Shown here: positions 60,204 to 64,000 of the stretch, in pieces
Layout: each line of letters starts with the position of its first letter
Position numbering within the stretch: position 1 is the stretch's first letter
Assembly: GCA_041660045.1 (NCBI GenBank)
Contig: JBAZXA010000003.1
Span: 226,320-290,319 of the forward strand
Direction of reading: 5' to 3'
Origin: Methylococcaceae bacterium
GTDB taxonomy: Bacteria > Pseudomonadota > Gammaproteobacteria > Methylococcales > Methylomonadaceae
DNA length: 64,000 nucleotides
Notes under the pieces: model-generated
Databases searched by the model: none
Seen by the model: the letters and a program-made list of their open reading frames with translations, nothing else
What the model was told of the DNA's origin: nothing
Made by a program: the position numbers and the translations under genes

Positions 60204-60415
60204 GGCCTGTTGGCTAAGTTTAATAGCCGTAAGACTATTTAGGAATAGCAAAGCTAAACTAACGCTAAAGTTGTCAGGATTTTCTTAGCAATCAGCTCAG
60301 CTGGCTTCGGTTTTGATAGATCTGATCAGAATTAACCCAAGGCCCAGGCTAATACAAGCTATCCAACTAAAGCAACTATTTCCCAATCCTATGCCAGACA
60401 CGAGATAAAAACCCA

Positions 60416-61459
60416 GTGGCTAAACCCTATACTTACCCTTTAAACCTTAAAACCGGCCAGGTCGACCTCAGCCATGGTGGCGGTGGCCGTGCGATGGCCC
60501 AGCTTATTGATGAATTGTTCATTAAACATTTTGATAACGATTTACTGCGCCAGCATAATGATCAAGCCTTATTCAACGTACCAGCAGGGCGATTAGCCAT
60601 TAGCACCGATGGCCATGTCATCTCGCCGCTGTTTTTTCCAGGTGGTAATATTGGCGCGTTGGCGGTGCACGGCACAGTAAATGATGTTTGTATGTCCGGC
60701 GCGCAGCCGCTTTATTTGTCGGCTGGGTTTATTTTGGAAGAAGGTTTGGCGTTGGCGGATTTGGAGCGTATTGTTATCAGCATGGCTGCTGCTGCCAAAC
60801 TGGCCGGTACACCTATCATTACTGGCGATACCAAAGTGGTGGAGCGTGGTAAGGGCGATGGCGTGTTTATTACCACAACCGGAGTCGGTATCGTCCCTGA
60901 AGGCGTACATATTTCAAGTGACCGGGCGAAGGCTGGGGATGCTATTTTACTTAGCGGTAGCATAGGTGACCACGGTGTGGCGATTATGGCTAGCCGCGAA
61001 AACTTACAATTTCAAACTACGCTGCTATCGGATTCCGCGGCCTTGAATTCACTAGTTGCCGATATGGTCAAGACGGCACCTGCCGGTATCAACTGTTTGC
61101 GTGACCCCACCCGTGGCGGCTTGGCAACAGCCTTGAATGAGTTGGCACAGCAATCAGGGGTAGGCATGCTAATTGATGAGCAACATATCCCCGTCAAATC
61201 GGAAGTTAAAGCGGCTTGTGAAATCTTAGGTTTAGACCCGCTCTATGTCGCCAACGAAGGTAAGCTGGTATGTATCTGCACACCCCAAGCGGCCGAAAGC
61301 TTGCTGACGGTGATGCGGCAACACCCTTTAGGCCATGATGCCGCCATAATTGGTAGCGTTATTGCCGATGAACACGGCTTTGTGCAAATGACCACCAGTT
61401 TTGGTGGCCGCCGTATTGTCGATTGGCCCGTGGGTGAACAACTACCACGTATTTGCTAA
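60416..61459 (+). CDS. hypE: hydrogenase maturation carbamoyl dehydratase HypE
   Basis: GTG start, LSHGGGGR, and the C-terminal PRIC motif. Confidence 0.93.
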   Translation: MAKPYTYPLNLKTGQVDLSHGGGGRAMAQLIDELFIKHFDNDLLRQHNDQALFNVPAGRLAISTDGHVISPLFFPGGNIGALAVHGTVNDVCMSGAQPLYLSAGFILEEGLALADLERIVISMAAAAKLAGTPIITGDTKVVERGKGDGVFITTTGVGIVPEGVHISSDRAKAGDAILLSGSIGDHGVAIMASRENLQFQTTLLSDSAALNSLVADMVKTAPAGINCLRDPTRGGLATALNELAQQSGVGMLIDEQHIPVKSEVKAACEILGLDPLYVANEGKLVCICTPQAAESLLTVMRQHPLGHDAAIIGSVIADEHGFVQMTTSFGGRRIVDWPVGEQLPRIC

Positions 61460-63792
61460 TGATGGCTAAGGCCATCCGGCTACGCGGTATCGTGCAAGGC
61501 GTGGGCATGCGCCCAGCGCTGTGGCATCTGGCTAAGCAATATCACCTTAGCGGCAGTGTTTGGAATGATGGTGAAGGTGTGATGATCCATGCCTTTGGCA
61601 GCGAGCTGGAGCTTGCAGGCTTTATCCGGCAAATCCCTTTGCAACTGCCGCCGCTGGCTAAGCTTGATAGCCTAGACGTACAAAGTTTGGACCTGCTTCC
61701 TGATAGTGCTGAATTTAACATTATTGCCAGCCAACAAACTGGCGTAGATACCCTAATCCCCGCTGATGCAGCCACATGTGCCGCTTGTTTGGCAGAAATT
61801 GCCGACCCTAATAATCGTCGATACGGTTATGCCTTTACCCATTGCACGCACTGCGGGCCACGCTTATCGATTATTAACGCCATGCCTTATGACCGCTGCC
61901 ATACCAGTATGGCGGAGTTTGCCATGTGTGGCTTATGCCAGCAGGAATACGACAACCCTGCCGACCGCCGTTTCCATACCCAGGCGAATTGCTGCCCCGA
62001 ATGTGGCCCTAAACTATGGCTGCAAGATCGTACTGGCCAGCGTTTAGATATTGACGCGGTAATTGCGCACGCCGCCAAACTAATCCAACAAGGTAATATC
62101 ATTGCGATAAAAGGTTTGGGCGGCTTTCATTTAGCGTGTGATGCCAATAATGCAGATGCTGTTCGCCGTTTGCGCACAGGCAAGCGCCGTTACGCCAAAG
62201 CGTTTGCCTTAATGGCAAAAAATATTGATATGATTGCCCAATATGCCGAAGTAGGGGAGCTAGACGCACTAGCCTTGCAGGACAAAGCGGCCCCTATCGT
62301 ACTGTTGGCCGCGCAAGGTGCAAAACTTGCCACAGATGTGGCTCCGGGCGATGACAAGCTAGGTTTTATGCTGCCATATACACCGCTACATAGCTTATTG
62401 TTACAGGAATTGGCCTATCCCATCGTGTTAACTTCCGGCAATATCAGCGATGAGCCACAATGTATCAGCAATCAGGACGGTTACGAAAAACTCCTAGGTA
62501 TAGCCGATTATTGGTTGCTGCATAACCGTGACATCATTAACCGTTTGGACGATTCAGTCGTGCGCACAATGGCTGGTGACTTGCGGGTACTGCGCCGAGG
62601 CCGCGGATACAGCCCAGAAGCATTGGCCTTGCCGCCGGGTTTTGAAGATGCCGATAATATCTTGGCGATGGGTGCTGAATTAAAAAATAGTTTTTGCTTG
62701 CTTAAAAATGGCCTAGCCATAGTTTCCCAGCATATCGGCGATTTGGAAAATGCCGCGGTGCAACAGGATTACCGCCTAGCTATCAAGCTATACCTGCAAT
62801 TGTATGCCGCCCAGGTGGATACGGTTGCCGTGGACTGGCATCCCGGTTATTTATCAAGCCAATACGGCCATGAATTGGCCAACCGCCATCAGGCTAACGT
62901 GGTTACAGTTCAACACCATCACGCCCATTTGGCCGCCGTGTTGGCTGAACACGGTGTGGGTTTAAGCGCAGCACCAGTGTTGGCGGCTGTGTTTGATGGC
63001 TTGGGATTCGCTGAAAACGGCCAATTATGGGGCGGGGAGTTTTTGTTAGGGGATTACCAAAACTGTATCCGGTTAGGCCATTTCCAGGCGATGGCGTTGC
63101 CTGGCGGTAGCCAAGCCATGCTAGAGCCTTGGCGTAATGCCTATGCCCACTTACAGCATTATTTTACGTGGCCTGATTTGCAGCACCGCTATGGTGGCCT
63201 AGACATCATCAAACTACTGGCCAGTAAGCCCTTGGCTACGCTAGACAGCATGATAGCAAACCAGCTTAATTCACCCTTGTCGAGCTCATGCGGACGTTGG
63301 TTTGATGCTTTTGCCGCAGCCCTTGGTTTACATGCTGAGCGTATCCAATACGAAGGCCAAGCCGCCATCGCCTTAGAAACCCTGGCCGCACCAGCATTCG
63401 CCTTAGCCCAAGCTTATCCTCAGGCATACGCTATTGAGTGCCAACAGGATTTATTAGTACTCAATTGGCAAGGCCTATGGCTAGCAGTATTAGACGATCT
63501 TAAGCAAGGCATTAATAACGCCCAAATAGCCGCCCGTCTCCATCAAAGCCTGGTGTCAGGTAGCGTGGCGCTATTGCTTAAGCTAAGCGCTAGCACGGCG
63601 ACCGACTGTATTGTGTTAACTGGCGGGGTATTTCAAAACCGTTTACTTTTAGAAGGTGTTTCCCAACAATTACAGCAACAGGGTAAACATGTGCTAATCC
63701 CTAGCCGCTATCCTTTAAACGATGGCGGCCTAGCACTGGGACAGGCCTTAATCGCTGCGGCACAGCAGCCAAAAATACAGCATGTTGCTTAA
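61459..63792 (+). CDS. hypF: carbamoyltransferase HypF
   Basis: Acylphosphatase domain (RLRGIVQGVGMRP), two zinc-finger pairs (CAAC...CTHCGPR, CGLC...CPECGP), and YrdC-like and Kae1-like domains. The ATG at 61459 overlaps the hypE stop. Confidence 0.95.
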   Translation: MMAKAIRLRGIVQGVGMRPALWHLAKQYHLSGSVWNDGEGVMIHAFGSELELAGFIRQIPLQLPPLAKLDSLDVQSLDLLPDSAEFNIIASQQTGVDTLIPADAATCAACLAEIADPNNRRYGYAFTHCTHCGPRLSIINAMPYDRCHTSMAEFAMCGLCQQEYDNPADRRFHTQANCCPECGPKLWLQDRTGQRLDIDAVIAHAAKLIQQGNIIAIKGLGGFHLACDANNADAVRRLRTGKRRYAKAFALMAKNIDMIAQYAEVGELDALALQDKAAPIVLLAAQGAKLATDVAPGDDKLGFMLPYTPLHSLLLQELAYPIVLTSGNISDEPQCISNQDGYEKLLGIADYWLLHNRDIINRLDDSVVRTMAGDLRVLRRGRGYSPEALALPPGFEDADNILAMGAELKNSFCLLKNGLAIVSQHIGDLENAAVQQDYRLAIKLYLQLYAAQVDTVAVDWHPGYLSSQYGHELANRHQANVVTVQHHHAHLAAVLAEHGVGLSAAPVLAAVFDGLGFAENGQLWGGEFLLGDYQNCIRLGHFQAMALPGGSQAMLEPWRNAYAHLQHYFTWPDLQHRYGGLDIIKLLASKPLATLDSMIANQLNSPLSSSCGRWFDAFAAALGLHAERIQYEGQAAIALETLAAPAFALAQAYPQAYAIECQQDLLVLNWQGLWLAVLDDLKQGINNAQIAARLHQSLVSGSVALLLKLSASTATDCIVLTGGVFQNRLLLEGVSQQLQQQGKHVLIPSRYPLNDGGLALGQALIAAAQQPKIQHVA

Positions 63793-63891
63793 AAAACATC
63801 GAAAAACCAGCACATGTTGCCAAAAAGCATTTTGGCAATTGGCGTAATTGGAGGGTATAGCTATGAACGACTTAAAAGAGAAAACGCGTTG

Positions 63892-64000
63892 ATGTTGCCT
63901 TATGACAGCCGTTTAAAAGCCAACTCCCGGGTTTTGCGCAACCATATGACCGATGCCGAGCAAAAGCTGTGGCAACGCTTACGCCGTAAACAAATCAACG
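63892..64000 (+). CDS. DUF559 (Vsr-like endonuclease domain) protein, N-terminal fragment running off the window
   Basis: Hand translation MLPYDSRLKANSRVLRNHMTDAEQKLWQRLRRKQIN matches the typical DUF559 N-terminus. Confidence 0.55.
   Translation, partial: MLPYDSRLKANSRVLRNHMTDAEQKLWQRLRRKQIN

Overview
This is a 64-kb chromosomal window from a gammaproteobacterium-like genome, centred on the replication-initiation genes. gyrB-recF-dnaN-dnaA lie on the minus strand and rpmH-rnpA-yidD-yidC-mnmE diverge on the plus strand. LEFT ARM: small CPXCG, SDR and DUF4124 genes, then a MoxR-DUF58-DUF4381-BatA-BatB (Bat/aerotolerance-type) operon and a methyltransferase. An accessory block follows: two tandemly duplicated secreted PAP2/vanadium-haloperoxidase-like genes, an outer-membrane barrel-like gene and an animal-type haem peroxidase gene. 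Next comes a decayed stretch (beta-propeller remnant, RHH gene plus frameshifted GNAT gene) and a SulP anion transporter. The arm ends with a roughly 10-kb type IC-like (EcoR124/Ecoprr-like) restriction-modification locus wedged against gyrB. That locus carries a PrrC-like anticodon nuclease and nested cargo: a class III Fic gene, two DUF1016 genes (one missing its nuclease core), and decayed GIY-YIG and RhuM genes. RIGHT ARM: a RES-Xre toxin-antitoxin pair, an orphan membrane-GAF plus small-ORF module, OYE/SDR/ArsR genes, a VapB-like remnant, an orphan RlmN/Cfr-family radical SAM gene and a B12-binding radical SAM gene. It ends with a complete 17-gene membrane-bound [NiFe] uptake hydrogenase cluster (hupSLECDFGHIJK-hypABCDEF) that has the O2-tolerant cysteine signature. 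I recognised no rRNA, tRNA, CRISPR, transposase or integrase genes. The best candidates for something undescribed are (1) the haem-peroxidase / OM-barrel / duplicated haloperoxidase-like cluster, (2) the cargo-laden prr-type RM locus and (3) the orphan TM-GAF two-gene module. All family assignments come from motif recognition by eye; no database search was possible.
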